Virus record (IMG/VR): IMGVR_UViG_3300045988_080771 | Span: 1-61,265 of that record | Length of the DNA stretch: 61,265 nucleotides | Direction: 5' to 3' (one strand) | Source of the DNA: a virus | Shown here: positions 50,082 through 59,889 of the stretch, one piece after another | How the letters are laid out: each line of letters starts with the position of its first letter | Position numbering within the stretch: position 1 is the stretch's first letter | The notes under the pieces: generated by a model | What the model saw: the letters and a program-made list of their open reading frames with translations, nothing else | The model's database searches: none | What the model was told of the DNA's origin: nothing | Position numbers and translations under genes: made by a program

Positions 50082-53000
50082 ATGTATACGATATTTTACA
50101 ATGACTCATATATCTATGATCCTTATGAGAATCTGGAATGTGTAACTGATGTTAAATTAACAGCTAATGTGAATGCGGCTGCCTATCTCGATTTCACCAT
50201 TTCTCCAAAACACCCATTGTATAATATCGTAGAAGAACGATCGGGTATCGTCAAGGTCTACTACGATAATGAAAAATTATTCGAAGGCGTTGTTGATTCT
50301 ATAGAAATGGATATGTATGGTTACAAATCCATTTCATGTGTTTCAGCACTTGATTACCTTGGCGATACCCGCACTCGTTCATATCATACTGGATCAGTTG
50401 AACCAACTGATAAAAGCAAAGGTGTTAAAGCACCTGAAAGTATCAATCAATTCTTCCAATGGTTGATCGATCAGCATAATCAGCATGTTCAAAATAGTAA
50501 TAAAACATTTATAGTTGGTGTAAATCAGGGAGCATCTTTCTCTGAATCAAACATCATCGATGTCGAAAGTACCTCTCACGAATCAACTGCTGATGCAATA
50601 ACCAATAATCTTATAGACCGTTATGGTGGATATTTAACGCTTACCTATGATGGTGAGCAACGTGTTCTTAATCTATATTCTGATGTTCATGAAATGAATG
50701 CTCAGATCATGGATTTCGGAGTAAATATTACCGATTTCACAAAAACTACAACAACTGAAGATCAATATACTGCTGTTTATCCAGTTGGTGGAACTCCGGA
50801 AAATAAAAAAGAAAACGATAAGAATACATATCCGCCAATTGATATATCATCGCTACCAAATGGAACAACCGAGCAGGACGCTGATATTGTAAAAAGTGGA
50901 GATGTTATTTTCTCAAGATCAGCAGTTGCTCGATATGGATATAAAGAATATTATTATAGTGAGAACAATATTCTTGATGCGAAAAATCTTCTAAAAGCTG
51001 CTATAATTGCTCTTCGCAAGTCGATGTCACCAAAAGTTTCGATCGATGTAAAAGCTATAGATTGTGCTTTGTTTATGAAAGGCTATCACCACTTGGCGGT
51101 TGGTGAAGCCGTTCGAGTTCGATCCAATCCACATAAAGTCGATGAATATCTTATGGTATCCTCAATCGAATTGGACCTTCAGAACCCAGAGAATACTGAA
51201 TACACTCTTGGTACTTCATATGACACATTGACTGGACAGCAGTCATCATATCTTCGTTCACTTAATTCGACAATCAATTCAGCTGTGGATTCAGTTGATG
51301 CTCTTGACAAAACTTCAAAAGAAACTGCAAAAACTGCACAAGAAGCAAAAGCGAATTCAATCGTTGCCAAAGATACGGCTAATACCGCTAAAGACACAGC
51401 TGATACTGCAAAGAATACGGCTGACACTGCCAACACAACAGCAAACAAAGCTCAAAACACAGCGAATTCCGCAAAGGATACAGCGGATAAAGCTCAAACC
51501 GCTGCAGCTGATGCCAAAGCAGTTGCCGATTCAGCAAATAAGGCAACTGAGGAACTGAAGAAAAAGACAGCTGAGATCGACAAGCAGGTCGAAGCCGCAT
51601 CCAATGCCGCAGACGCTGCATCAGCCAAAGCGGATCAGGTGAGAACCGATCTTACAAATCAGGTTCAAAATGTGAAGACCGAAATGGATACCGCAGTCGA
51701 AGCCGCCCAGACATCCGCAAATAAGGCACAGTCCGCAGCCGACGCAGCTCAGAAGGCGGCTGACAAAGCCAATGTATCCACTGCCGATCTGGACAAATCC
51801 ATCAAGGCCGTCGATGCAAAGGCCATCGCAGCGAAACAGGCCGCGGCCGAAGCCCAGTCCAAGGCTGAGAACGTCGCATCGGATCTCGATTCTGCTAATG
51901 CGGTCATCGAACAGCACACCACCGAACTCGGCGAACTTACAACGAAAGTCAGCAATGCCGTCAAGAAATCCGACAGTGCTCTGAGTGTCTCCACGGAGGC
52001 CAAGCAGACCGCTACCGAGGCATCGACTACTGCCACATCCGCATACAAGGATTCGCAGACTGCTCTTACCCAGAGCACCACTGCGACCCAGACTGCGACC
52101 GCCGCAAAGACCACTGCCGAATCGGCAAGCAAGACCGCAAGCGATTCACTCAAGCAGTCTTCCGCAGCTGTGCAGACGGCTAATCAGATCAGCACGACTC
52201 TGAGAACCGAGTATCAGACCAAGGCAGATGCGGATAAGATCTATGCAACCCAGTCTAGCCTGAAGCAAACTTCGGATTCCATCACGGCTTCTGTCTCGAA
52301 GACATATGCAACAAAAGACGCATTGTCCGCTCTCCAGAACGTTGCAGATAATGCAATCGAATCCTGGCGAGGAACCGGTGTCCCAACCCTCGAGAACAAG
52401 CCGGCTTCGGACTGGACCACAAACGACGATAAGAAGAAGCACTCGGGTGATCTGTATTACGATAAATCCACCGGTAAGGCATATCGTTTCGGTTCTGACG
52501 ATGGCGTGACATATACTTGGGAACTGAATCAGGATACCGACGTCACCAAGGCATTGGAGGATGCATCCAAGGCACAGACTTCTGCGAATAACGCACAGGC
52601 ATCTGCAACGGCAGCGAACACTGCTGCCGGTAAGGCCCAATCGACGGCTAATACCGCAGTCAGCAATGCAGCCACAGCGAAGAATGCAGCCGATGCCGCA
52701 CAGTCCAGTGCGAATAAGGCTCAGGGTGATGTCGATAAGCTGAAGATCGATATTCCCGAGACATATGCGACCAAGAGCTCTTTGTCTCAGACCGCAGAAT
52801 CCATTACTGCGAATGTCGAGTCGGTCAAGACAACCGCAAACAGTGCCGTGACTGCTGCATCTAAGGCACAGCAGACCGCTGATGGCATTTCCGTAAATCT
52901 GACAAAGAACTATCAGACAAAATCCCAGGCAGATACGTTATATGCGACCAAGGCGAGTCTTAAGGCGACTTCCGATAGTATTTCCGCCGAAGTCACCAAA

Positions 53001-55139
53001 GCTCAGGGAACCGCCGATGGTGCCGTTACAGCCGCATCGAAGGCGCAGCAGACCGCAGATGCTGTAACTCTGAATCTGTCGAAGAATTACCAAACGAAAG
53101 CACAGAACGATGCTCTGTATGCGACTCAGACGAGTCTGAAGGCGACTTCCGATTCACTTAGTGCGAATATTACGGCAAATGCGAAGACCGCTCAAAGCGC
53201 TGTTGACAAGGCGACGAGTCTCGAAGCGAATCTTAATGGGTTTAAGACTACGGTTGCTGAAACATATCAGACTAAAGATGGAATGTCTGATTATGCAACC
53301 AATAGCTCTCTTACCCAGACAGCTGATTCCATTAAAGCTCAGGTCACTGAAGTCTCCAAGACCGCAAACGGTGCAATGTCCAAAGCCACTACAGTGGAAC
53401 AGACCGCTAATGGCCTTAGCAGTAAGATCACTGAACAAGCTAAGACACTCAATGCTACCGTTAAGACAGCTAATGAGGCAAAAAGCACCGCTGACAGCAA
53501 TAAAGCCACTATCAGTCAGGTAAGCACTACAGCCAGTAGTGCACTGACTAAAGCCTCTTCCGTGGAACAGAATCTTAATGGGTTTAAGACTACTGTAAGC
53601 GAGACGTATGGCCGTGGCTCGAATCTCTGGGTCAATCCTACGTTCGATGCTGATAAACCACAGATCACATCTCGGGTTAGTAATGTAACTGCGCCAAATG
53701 GTAGTGGAGTAAATCTCCTTGCAAATCGTGATCATCATAATAATAACACTAGTTTTCCTGTGGTGCCTAGACACAAATATGTGATAACTGCTCATGTTAA
53801 ACGTATAAAGGGCAACTTGCCACTACACGCTGGTATCTGGTACACTGCACAAACAGCCGGACATGCGTATGACACATATACTGCAACGGAATCGACATCC
53901 GACCTGAGTGACGGATGGATTTCCGCTACATGGCGTTTCAGCTGTCCAGACGGAAAATCCAGAGGATGTGTATTTTTTCAAATCGAACAATCAGCAAGTA
54001 ATGGTTCGACACAGTGGTATATTTCGAACGTTACATGTGTTGATGTAACCGGTCTGCAACCAGCAGGAGATTATAGTACCAAATCCTATGTTGACCAAAC
54101 CGCAAAATCGGTAGCACTCGGTGTTGTTCAGAATTATAAGGGTTCCGACGGTTCCGGTCTGGCTACAAAGTCCGATATCACGGTCGCAAAGGATAGCATC
54201 ACAACGACTGTGTCGAAGACATATCAGACCAAAGCCGATATGAAGAACTATGCGACACAGTCCCAACTGACGCAGACAAATGACAAAGTCACGATCGCGT
54301 TCCGGAATTCGCAATCGGTAGGCGGACAGAACCTTCTCCTCAAAACGAGTGTTCCGACTGTTGTGACTGGCAGCGGAGCTGCAAATCAGTGTGTTGCATA
54401 CTATAGCCTAGCAGTCGGAAGCCTTAAGAACCTTCCGGTTGGCATGTACCATATGCAGTTCAAGATAAAGTCGGATACTGCCGGGGGAACTGCATATGCG
54501 CAGTGGAATGCATCGCCTTGGGGTCTAGGGAGCTCTACCAAGGTCAATATCGGAACAACAGAGCAAATATATTCGGTCGATTATTATATTACCAATAACA
54601 ATTACCCGGATGCAAAGCAAATGACTGTTCGATTGGATAACGCCAAAGGTGAAGTTACCATTCGTGAGATGAAGCTCGAACGTGGCAATAGTATGACTCC
54701 ATGGACTGCTGCTCCTGAAGATACTATAAACGATCTCACGAATACGGTGCAGAATCAGGCTGATGCTCTCGGAAAGACCGTCGATTCCGATACATTCAAT
54801 AAATATACCAGTGATACGAATAATACACTTACTCATAACAAAAATGATCTTGATAATCTGAGTAACACCGTTAGCAATGAAATCAAGTACCGGGAAGCCT
54901 ATATTGAATTTGGTACCGATCTGACTAATCCGTATATGGATATGGGAACTGCCGGGAATATGGCCAAATTACATTTGACCAATACTGAACTTGATTTCAT
55001 GCAGGCTAATGCCAAAGTTGCATGGTTTAGTAATCAGCAACTTGTTGTTAATAATAGTACCGTAAATGACAGTTTGACTATCGGAAACTTTGTATTTAGA
55101 TATCGTTCCAATGGTCATTTAACACTGCAGCATATCTAA
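50082..55139 (+). CDS. tail tip / fibre protein (Tal-like N-terminus, long Ala/Thr/Gln coiled-coil repeats, C-terminal carbohydrate-binding-like domains)
   Basis: 1685 aa, third gene after the tape measure; repeats TA(K/N)DTAD and ~70-aa units ...YATK.SLK.TSDSI.A.V. Confidence 0.65.
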   Translation: MYTIFYNDSYIYDPYENLECVTDVKLTANVNAAAYLDFTISPKHPLYNIVEERSGIVKVYYDNEKLFEGVVDSIEMDMYGYKSISCVSALDYLGDTRTRSYHTGSVEPTDKSKGVKAPESINQFFQWLIDQHNQHVQNSNKTFIVGVNQGASFSESNIIDVESTSHESTADAITNNLIDRYGGYLTLTYDGEQRVLNLYSDVHEMNAQIMDFGVNITDFTKTTTTEDQYTAVYPVGGTPENKKENDKNTYPPIDISSLPNGTTEQDADIVKSGDVIFSRSAVARYGYKEYYYSENNILDAKNLLKAAIIALRKSMSPKVSIDVKAIDCALFMKGYHHLAVGEAVRVRSNPHKVDEYLMVSSIELDLQNPENTEYTLGTSYDTLTGQQSSYLRSLNSTINSAVDSVDALDKTSKETAKTAQEAKANSIVAKDTANTAKDTADTAKNTADTANTTANKAQNTANSAKDTADKAQTAAADAKAVADSANKATEELKKKTAEIDKQVEAASNAADAASAKADQVRTDLTNQVQNVKTEMDTAVEAAQTSANKAQSAADAAQKAADKANVSTADLDKSIKAVDAKAIAAKQAAAEAQSKAENVASDLDSANAVIEQHTTELGELTTKVSNAVKKSDSALSVSTEAKQTATEASTTATSAYKDSQTALTQSTTATQTATAAKTTAESASKTASDSLKQSSAAVQTANQISTTLRTEYQTKADADKIYATQSSLKQTSDSITASVSKTYATKDALSALQNVADNAIESWRGTGVPTLENKPASDWTTNDDKKKHSGDLYYDKSTGKAYRFGSDDGVTYTWELNQDTDVTKALEDASKAQTSANNAQASATAANTAAGKAQSTANTAVSNAATAKNAADAAQSSANKAQGDVDKLKIDIPETYATKSSLSQTAESITANVESVKTTANSAVTAASKAQQTADGISVNLTKNYQTKSQADTLYATKASLKATSDSISAEVTKAQGTADGAVTAASKAQQTADAVTLNLSKNYQTKAQNDALYATQTSLKATSDSLSANITANAKTAQSAVDKATSLEANLNGFKTTVAETYQTKDGMSDYATNSSLTQTADSIKAQVTEVSKTANGAMSKATTVEQTANGLSSKITEQAKTLNATVKTANEAKSTADSNKATISQVSTTASSALTKASSVEQNLNGFKTTVSETYGRGSNLWVNPTFDADKPQITSRVSNVTAPNGSGVNLLANRDHHNNNTSFPVVPRHKYVITAHVKRIKGNLPLHAGIWYTAQTAGHAYDTYTATESTSDLSDGWISATWRFSCPDGKSRGCVFFQIEQSASNGSTQWYISNVTCVDVTGLQPAGDYSTKSYVDQTAKSVALGVVQNYKGSDGSGLATKSDITVAKDSITTTVSKTYQTKADMKNYATQSQLTQTNDKVTIAFRNSQSVGGQNLLLKTSVPTVVTGSGAANQCVAYYSLAVGSLKNLPVGMYHMQFKIKSDTAGGTAYAQWNASPWGLGSSTKVNIGTTEQIYSVDYYITNNNYPDAKQMTVRLDNAKGEVTIREMKLERGNSMTPWTAAPEDTINDLTNTVQNQADALGKTVDSDTFNKYTSDTNNTLTHNKNDLDNLSNTVSNEIKYREAYIEFGTDLTNPYMDMGTAGNMAKLHLTNTELDFMQANAKVAWFSNQQLVVNNSTVNDSLTIGNFVFRYRSNGHLTLQHI
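51340..53620 (+). repeat. low-complexity repetitive coding region (short 15-21 nt units, then ~200-nt units)
   Basis: Direct reading of the protein repeats. Locally raised GC generates several long antisense shadow ORFs. Confidence 0.7.
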
Positions 55140-55148
55140 GGAGTATTC

Positions 55149-56738
55149 ATGGCCGATGTATATGGAAACATAGTTGGCAACTGGAGAGTATGGGTTGGCG
55201 CATGGATCCTCAATCAGGATAATAATGGTGCCACAATAAGATGTGTTACTCATTTTCAAGCAGTGAATGGTTGGGATTATGCTCAGTTAAACGGTAATTA
55301 CGGAGCATCAGTAGCCGGTCAGACATCAAGTGGATCAAGATCCATGAGTATTGGTGTTGGTGTTAATGGCGCAATGGATCTGATCACTCGCGATCAATGG
55401 GTTGCAAAAGGCCATAATGCTCAGAACGTTGGATACGGCGGTTATATCAATATCACAGGATATGCCGCCGGTTCATCGTCGGCAGTTGGTTCTTTGTCCG
55501 TTCCAGGAAAGCCTTCGTACACCATATCTTATCATCCAAATGGTGGAAGCGGGCAGCCAGGAAATCAGACTAAATGGTATGGCGAAAACATATCATTATC
55601 AAATACCAGACCAACTCGTGCCAATTATTTATTTCTTGGATGGTCGACCTCAGCCAGTGGTAGCGTAAATTATCAGCCAGGACAGGTTTATAATGGAAAT
55701 TCCAATCTGAATTTGTATGCAGTTTGGAAACTTTCATTCAAGCCACCGACCATAGCATCAATTGATGCATATCGTTGTGATAAATCCGGGAATCGAATCG
55801 ATGATGGCACCAATACTAAAGTAACAGTTAAATGGAGTGTCGATACAACTATTGATTCGAGTAATGTTGCCACCAAATTGGTGATATCTCGAAGAAGTGG
55901 AACTAATGCTTGGGCCGACACTCCAGTAACTGTTAATACATCAAGTGGAACCAATAGCATAATAGTCCCGACTGAAGATACTACAAAAACTTATAGTATA
56001 AAAGCGGTTTTGACTGATAAGCATAATTTGTCAGTTCAATCAAATTCGTCAGTTGGTACTGCGTTTTATCTGCTGGATATTAATGACAATGGAAAAGGAA
56101 TCGGTATCGGAACCGGTGCACCATCAAATGGTGTTAACATCACTGGAACCCATTTGAATTTTATTGGAAATGATATCAAATACAATGATATTCTGATTGA
56201 TCCTCAGTATGCGATTTATAAACGTAAAAATTTTGATACTTCTGGATCATATCAAGAATTGTTTCTAGCCAATAAACTTCAAGACTGGGTTAATGGCGAT
56301 GCTCCTGGTTGTGCTATTTACGATGCACCGATCACTTCAGACCCATCTACATTTGGCATTTCGCAGTCTGGAAAAGATTTTAATATAAAGACACCAGGAA
56401 CGTATTTACTAACTGGTGTTCAGGATATTCACAAAAACGGCAACTATGATATGTATATGGGCATTAAACATTTCGGTTGGAAGGGTAATACGGTAGTCGA
56501 TGGAACGAGAAAATTGGTAGAATCTTGTCCACCATTGATGGCAGTATTAAGTTCTGATTCTAATCAATGGTATCGATGGACCATACCACCTATAATGATC
56601 AAGATTCAACCATTCGATAAATCAATAGATTCAATAGGGTTAAAGCCTGTATATGCAACTAATCATGGTATATCTGCAACTACTCAGTTTGGATCTAGAA
56701 CTTGGGTACAGATCATTAAATTGCCATGGTCTTGTTAA
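55149..56738 (+). CDS. tail fibre / receptor-binding candidate with a Listeria-Bacteroides repeat (Flg_new-type) domain
   Basis: YTISYHPNGGSGQPGNQTKWYGENISLSNTRPTRANYLFLGWSTSASGSVNYQPGQVYNGNSNLNLYAVW. Confidence 0.55.
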   Translation: MADVYGNIVGNWRVWVGAWILNQDNNGATIRCVTHFQAVNGWDYAQLNGNYGASVAGQTSSGSRSMSIGVGVNGAMDLITRDQWVAKGHNAQNVGYGGYINITGYAAGSSSAVGSLSVPGKPSYTISYHPNGGSGQPGNQTKWYGENISLSNTRPTRANYLFLGWSTSASGSVNYQPGQVYNGNSNLNLYAVWKLSFKPPTIASIDAYRCDKSGNRIDDGTNTKVTVKWSVDTTIDSSNVATKLVISRRSGTNAWADTPVTVNTSSGTNSIIVPTEDTTKTYSIKAVLTDKHNLSVQSNSSVGTAFYLLDINDNGKGIGIGTGAPSNGVNITGTHLNFIGNDIKYNDILIDPQYAIYKRKNFDTSGSYQELFLANKLQDWVNGDAPGCAIYDAPITSDPSTFGISQSGKDFNIKTPGTYLLTGVQDIHKNGNYDMYMGIKHFGWKGNTVVDGTRKLVESCPPLMAVLSSDSNQWYRWTIPPIMIKIQPFDKSIDSIGLKPVYATNHGISATTQFGSRTWVQIIKLPWSC

Positions 56739-56748
56739 AGGAATTATT

Positions 56749-57168
56749 ATGCTATATGGAAATCTAAAAGATGGAATCGTAACGCTTGTAACTGATCCTA
56801 AAAAAGGAAAAGTAATCGTCGAGAATGATCCACCAGAAATGGTACCCGATGGATTCAAAGCAGTGTACGATTTTCTTGAAGATAAGGATGCTATTGGTCA
56901 GGCTTGGACTATAGTCGCTGACCCTACATCGGTAATGGCCACTATTACAAAACTTGCCGCTATTCAAGCTAAGAATCTTAGCGATCAAGAAGCCATCGAA
57001 GTTATTACATTATTTGATGAATGGGATTATAACAATCATGAATACTTAATTGGTGATCGTGTTCGTTTTAATTCCAGTTTATATAAATGTATATTAGCGC
57101 ATACTTCGTCTAATGAATTTGCACCTGATCTTTCTCCGAATATTTGGACTAAGATCATAAAGGAATAA
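56749..57168 (+). CDS. small protein with a C-terminal CBM5/12-like carbohydrate-binding motif (139 aa)
   Basis: W.Y...EYLIGDRVRFNSSLYKCILAHTS...AP......W; internal ATG after RBS aaagga. Confidence 0.5.
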   Translation: MLYGNLKDGIVTLVTDPKKGKVIVENDPPEMVPDGFKAVYDFLEDKDAIGQAWTIVADPTSVMATITKLAAIQAKNLSDQEAIEVITLFDEWDYNNHEYLIGDRVRFNSSLYKCILAHTSSNEFAPDLSPNIWTKIIKE

Positions 57169-57179
57169 AGGAGTAGATC

Positions 57180-57623
57180 ATGCCTGGTTATATTCAGAAT
57201 CCATATATGCCGCAGTACGGAGGATTCCAATATGGAAACTATCCGATGCAGCCAAATGCACCATATCAGACTCCAACCACATATCCGACATTTAATCCGC
57301 AACCACAGACTATCAGCAATTCAGCGGATGCTCTTGTGAAGTCTGATATTTCCGGAAAAATCGTGGAAACCGAGAACGATATTTCGGTGAATGATATTCC
57401 GATGGATGGTAAGGTTCATCTGTTTATTCTAAAGGATTATTCCAAGGTCATCGGAAAGGCATGGACTGCCGATGGAAAGATCGCGACCAGTGTTTACGTT
57501 CTTGAAGAGCAGTCCAAACCTCAGCCAACTACCGACAATTCAAGGGAATGGCTGCAGAAGCAATTCGATGAAATCAAGGATATTCTAATGGACAAGGCTA
57601 CTACTCCTCAAATTGGGAAGTGA
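57180..57623 (+). CDS. hypothetical protein with a Pro/Gln/Tyr-rich N-terminus (147 aa)
   Basis: RBS aaaggag; ORF track. Confidence 0.65.
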   Translation: MPGYIQNPYMPQYGGFQYGNYPMQPNAPYQTPTTYPTFNPQPQTISNSADALVKSDISGKIVETENDISVNDIPMDGKVHLFILKDYSKVIGKAWTADGKIATSVYVLEEQSKPQPTTDNSREWLQKQFDEIKDILMDKATTPQIGK

Positions 57624-57628
57624 TTGAA

Positions 57629-57841
57629 ATGACTAATCCTATCCAGAATGCTCTTAACTTCCTGCAAACAAACAATGTTCGGCCAAATCCGCAGAACCAG
57701 CAGTATATTCAGGCACTCCAGTCCGGAGACCAGAATGCAGGTCAGCAGTTGGCCAACCAATTCTGTAAGCAGAACAACATCAATCCGCAACAGATCGTTG
57801 ATTCGGCACCGCCGTTCTTGAAGCGAATGTTCGGATTGTGA
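57629..57841 (+). CDS. hypothetical Gln-rich protein (70 aa)
   Basis: ATG 8 nt after gggaag. Confidence 0.55.
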   Translation: MTNPIQNALNFLQTNNVRPNPQNQQYIQALQSGDQNAGQQLANQFCKQNNINPQQIVDSAPPFLKRMFGL

Positions 57842-57850
57842 TATAAATTT

Positions 57851-57897
57851 GAGGCCCATGGAACTCTTCTGGTCTTTTCCATGGGCCTCATATATTT
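57851..57897 (+). terminator. strong intrinsic terminator ending the tail operon
   Basis: 13-bp stem gaggcccatggaa / ttccatgggcctc followed by atatattt. Confidence 0.75.
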
Positions 57898-57928
57898 AAA
57901 GACCAGAACAACCTAAGGAGTATATATT

Positions 57929-58654
57929 ATGATGAATGCAACTCCGTCTCTTGCAGACATTGCAGCAGTTACCGATGGAAATCGCAATAACGATGGATTC
58001 GGAAATGGTAACGGCTGGTGGGTCCTCATCATTCTCTTCGCCATTTTCGGTGGCTGGGGCAATGGTGCCTGGGGTCGCAATGGCACCGGCGAAGCTCCGG
58101 CATCCAATGGTGACCTCCAGCGAGGATTCGATACCCAGTCGATGCTGAATAAGCTCAATGGCATCAACAGTGGTATGTGCGATGGCTTCTATGCCATGAA
58201 TACCTCTCTGCTTCAGGGCTTCAATGCAACTCAGCAGGCCATCAATGCTGACACTGTCGCAAACATGCAGAACACCAATGCCCTTTCCACCCAGCTCGCC
58301 CAGTGCTGCTGTGAGAATCGACAGGGCCAGGCCCAGATCCAGTATGATATGGCGACGAATACCTGCGCCATTCAGAACGCGATCCAGAACCAGACTCAGC
58401 AGATCATTCAGAACGATAATGCAAACTATCGTCAGCTGCATGATGAGATCGTGGCGAATCGTATGGAGGATCTCAAGTCCAAGATTGCCGATCAGGCCCA
58501 GGAGATCAATCAGCTGAATCTGTCCGCTTCTCAGTGCCAGCAGAATGCGTATCTGATCTCCCAGCTGCGTCCGAACCCGGTTCCGGCATTCCAGGTTGCA
58601 AATCCGTTTGCTTCTATGTACACCGGTTGCTGCAATAACAACGTCGCTATTTGA
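57929..58654 (+). CDS. membrane-anchored Gln/Asn/Cys-rich protein (241 aa)
   Basis: RBS taaggag; Gly/Trp-flanked TM helix GNGNGWWVLIILFAIFGGWGNGAWG; CCC and CC motifs. Confidence 0.7.
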   Translation: MMNATPSLADIAAVTDGNRNNDGFGNGNGWWVLIILFAIFGGWGNGAWGRNGTGEAPASNGDLQRGFDTQSMLNKLNGINSGMCDGFYAMNTSLLQGFNATQQAINADTVANMQNTNALSTQLAQCCCENRQGQAQIQYDMATNTCAIQNAIQNQTQQIIQNDNANYRQLHDEIVANRMEDLKSKIADQAQEINQLNLSASQCQQNAYLISQLRPNPVPAFQVANPFASMYTGCCNNNVAI

Positions 58655-58675
58655 TAGCACTTAAGGAGGTATATT

Positions 58676-59083
58676 ATGATCGCACTGTCAAATCTTACCG
58701 TCCAGACCCTTACGACTGGACAGTCTATTACCTTTGATAGCACTGTACTTCGCACCTGCTCTTCGGCAGAAGGTCACCGCCAGTCCACGCCTGCTGTGAA
58801 GCTGCGTGTTCCGGGCATCTATGAGGTTCATTTCACAGGAAATGTTTCCTCCGCAACGGCAGCCACCCCAGTCCAGCTGGCGATTGCCATCGGTGGTTCC
58901 ACGCTTCCTGGTACCCTTATGGTGTCCACTCCATCGGCAGCCAATGCTGAAAACAACGTCCATGCGGACACGATCGTCCGTAATGCGTGCGGAGAGTATG
59001 ATACTATCACAGTTACCAATGTGGGAACGAATCCAGTGACTGTTTCCGCTGGTTCCGGTCTTTGGGTCAAGCGAGTTGCCTGA
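58676..59083 (+). CDS. beta-rich protein (135 aa), possibly a BclA-C-terminal / C1q-like jelly-roll
   Basis: RBS taaggagg; pattern GIYEVHFTGNVS...VQLAIAIGGSTLPG...ITVTNVG. Fold assignment is from memory only. Confidence 0.6.
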   Translation: MIALSNLTVQTLTTGQSITFDSTVLRTCSSAEGHRQSTPAVKLRVPGIYEVHFTGNVSSATAATPVQLAIAIGGSTLPGTLMVSTPSAANAENNVHADTIVRNACGEYDTITVTNVGTNPVTVSAGSGLWVKRVA

Positions 59084-59093
59084 GGAGGTCAAA

Positions 59094-59528
59094 ATGGGAA
59101 GTGAAATGTGCTCTCACGAAGGATGCAAGTCGCTTTGCGCGATGAAATGCCGTCTCATGGAAGTTGCGGATGATTGCACCCGCAATATCAATTATGGCAC
59201 TGATATTCACGAACTGGGTGAAATCATTGACATGATAAAGGATATCGATGAGGCCATCAATTATCGACATCAGGCGCTGTATTATGGTACCATTGCCGAA
59301 GGTATGAATCGTCCGTATCTGCGTCACGATATTCGTGGAATGATGGATGACGATTACCGCGAACATGATGTGTGGCGTCATGATGCCAAGTCTGAACATG
59401 ACAAGTCTCCGGAAGAGAAGTTCGAATCTTATCAGAAGAGTGTAAAGGATATTTGGTCCTCTGCGACTCCTGAACTTCGTTCTAAGATGCGGACTACTCT
59501 TACCAAGCTTGTGAACGACATGGCGTAG
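59094..59528 (+). CDS. hypothetical His/Asp/Cys-rich protein (144 aa)
   Basis: ATG after RBS gaggagg. Confidence 0.6.
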   Translation: MGSEMCSHEGCKSLCAMKCRLMEVADDCTRNINYGTDIHELGEIIDMIKDIDEAINYRHQALYYGTIAEGMNRPYLRHDIRGMMDDDYREHDVWRHDAKSEHDKSPEEKFESYQKSVKDIWSSATPELRSKMRTTLTKLVNDMA

Positions 59529-59535
59529 GAGGACA

Positions 59536-59889
59536 ATGGACTTGGTGGATCATGAATTAATGATAACCATCATCACCATTGTTGGAAGTGTGCTAGCCTC
59601 TTCAGGTTTTTGGGCATATCTGCAAAGCAGACGTGACCGAAAGAACGATAAAGACGATACCAATAAAGCCCTTACGGATCTTCTGAAGGGGCTAGCTCAT
59701 GATCGTATAGTATTTATTGGTAACACATATCTCGAGCGAGGATGGCTTACCAAAGATGAATATGACGATTTTGTTAAATATTTATATGAACCCTACGAAC
59801 GTGTTGGGGGCAATGGGATGGCGAGAAAGGTCATGAGAGAAGTTGAGAATCTTCCATTGACCGAACCCGAAACGAAAGGAAGAAAATGA
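59536..59889 (+). CDS. N-terminally membrane-anchored protein (117 aa), lysis-module candidate
   Basis: TM helix MITIITIVGSVLASSGFWAYL; RBS aggagg. Confidence 0.6.
   Translation: MDLVDHELMITIITIVGSVLASSGFWAYLQSRRDRKNDKDDTNKALTDLLKGLAHDRIVFIGNTYLERGWLTKDEYDDFVKYLYEPYERVGGNGMARKVMREVENLPLTEPETKGRK

Noticed and set aside
51179-53795. Several 75-213-aa ORFs on both strands within the fibre repeat region (for example 53154..53795 minus, 52146..52640 minus, 51749..52153 minus, 53161..53523 plus)
   Set aside because: All lie inside the repetitive, GC-elevated part of the 1685-aa fibre gene. Their translations are low-complexity (Arg/Leu/Cys/Pro-rich) and lack an RBS. They are artefacts of repeat composition.
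57896-58660. 254-aa minus-strand ORF
   Set aside because: It is the mirror image of + strand gene 57929..58654, which has a perfect AGGAG RBS. It would start inside the following gene's RBS region. It is a shadow ORF.
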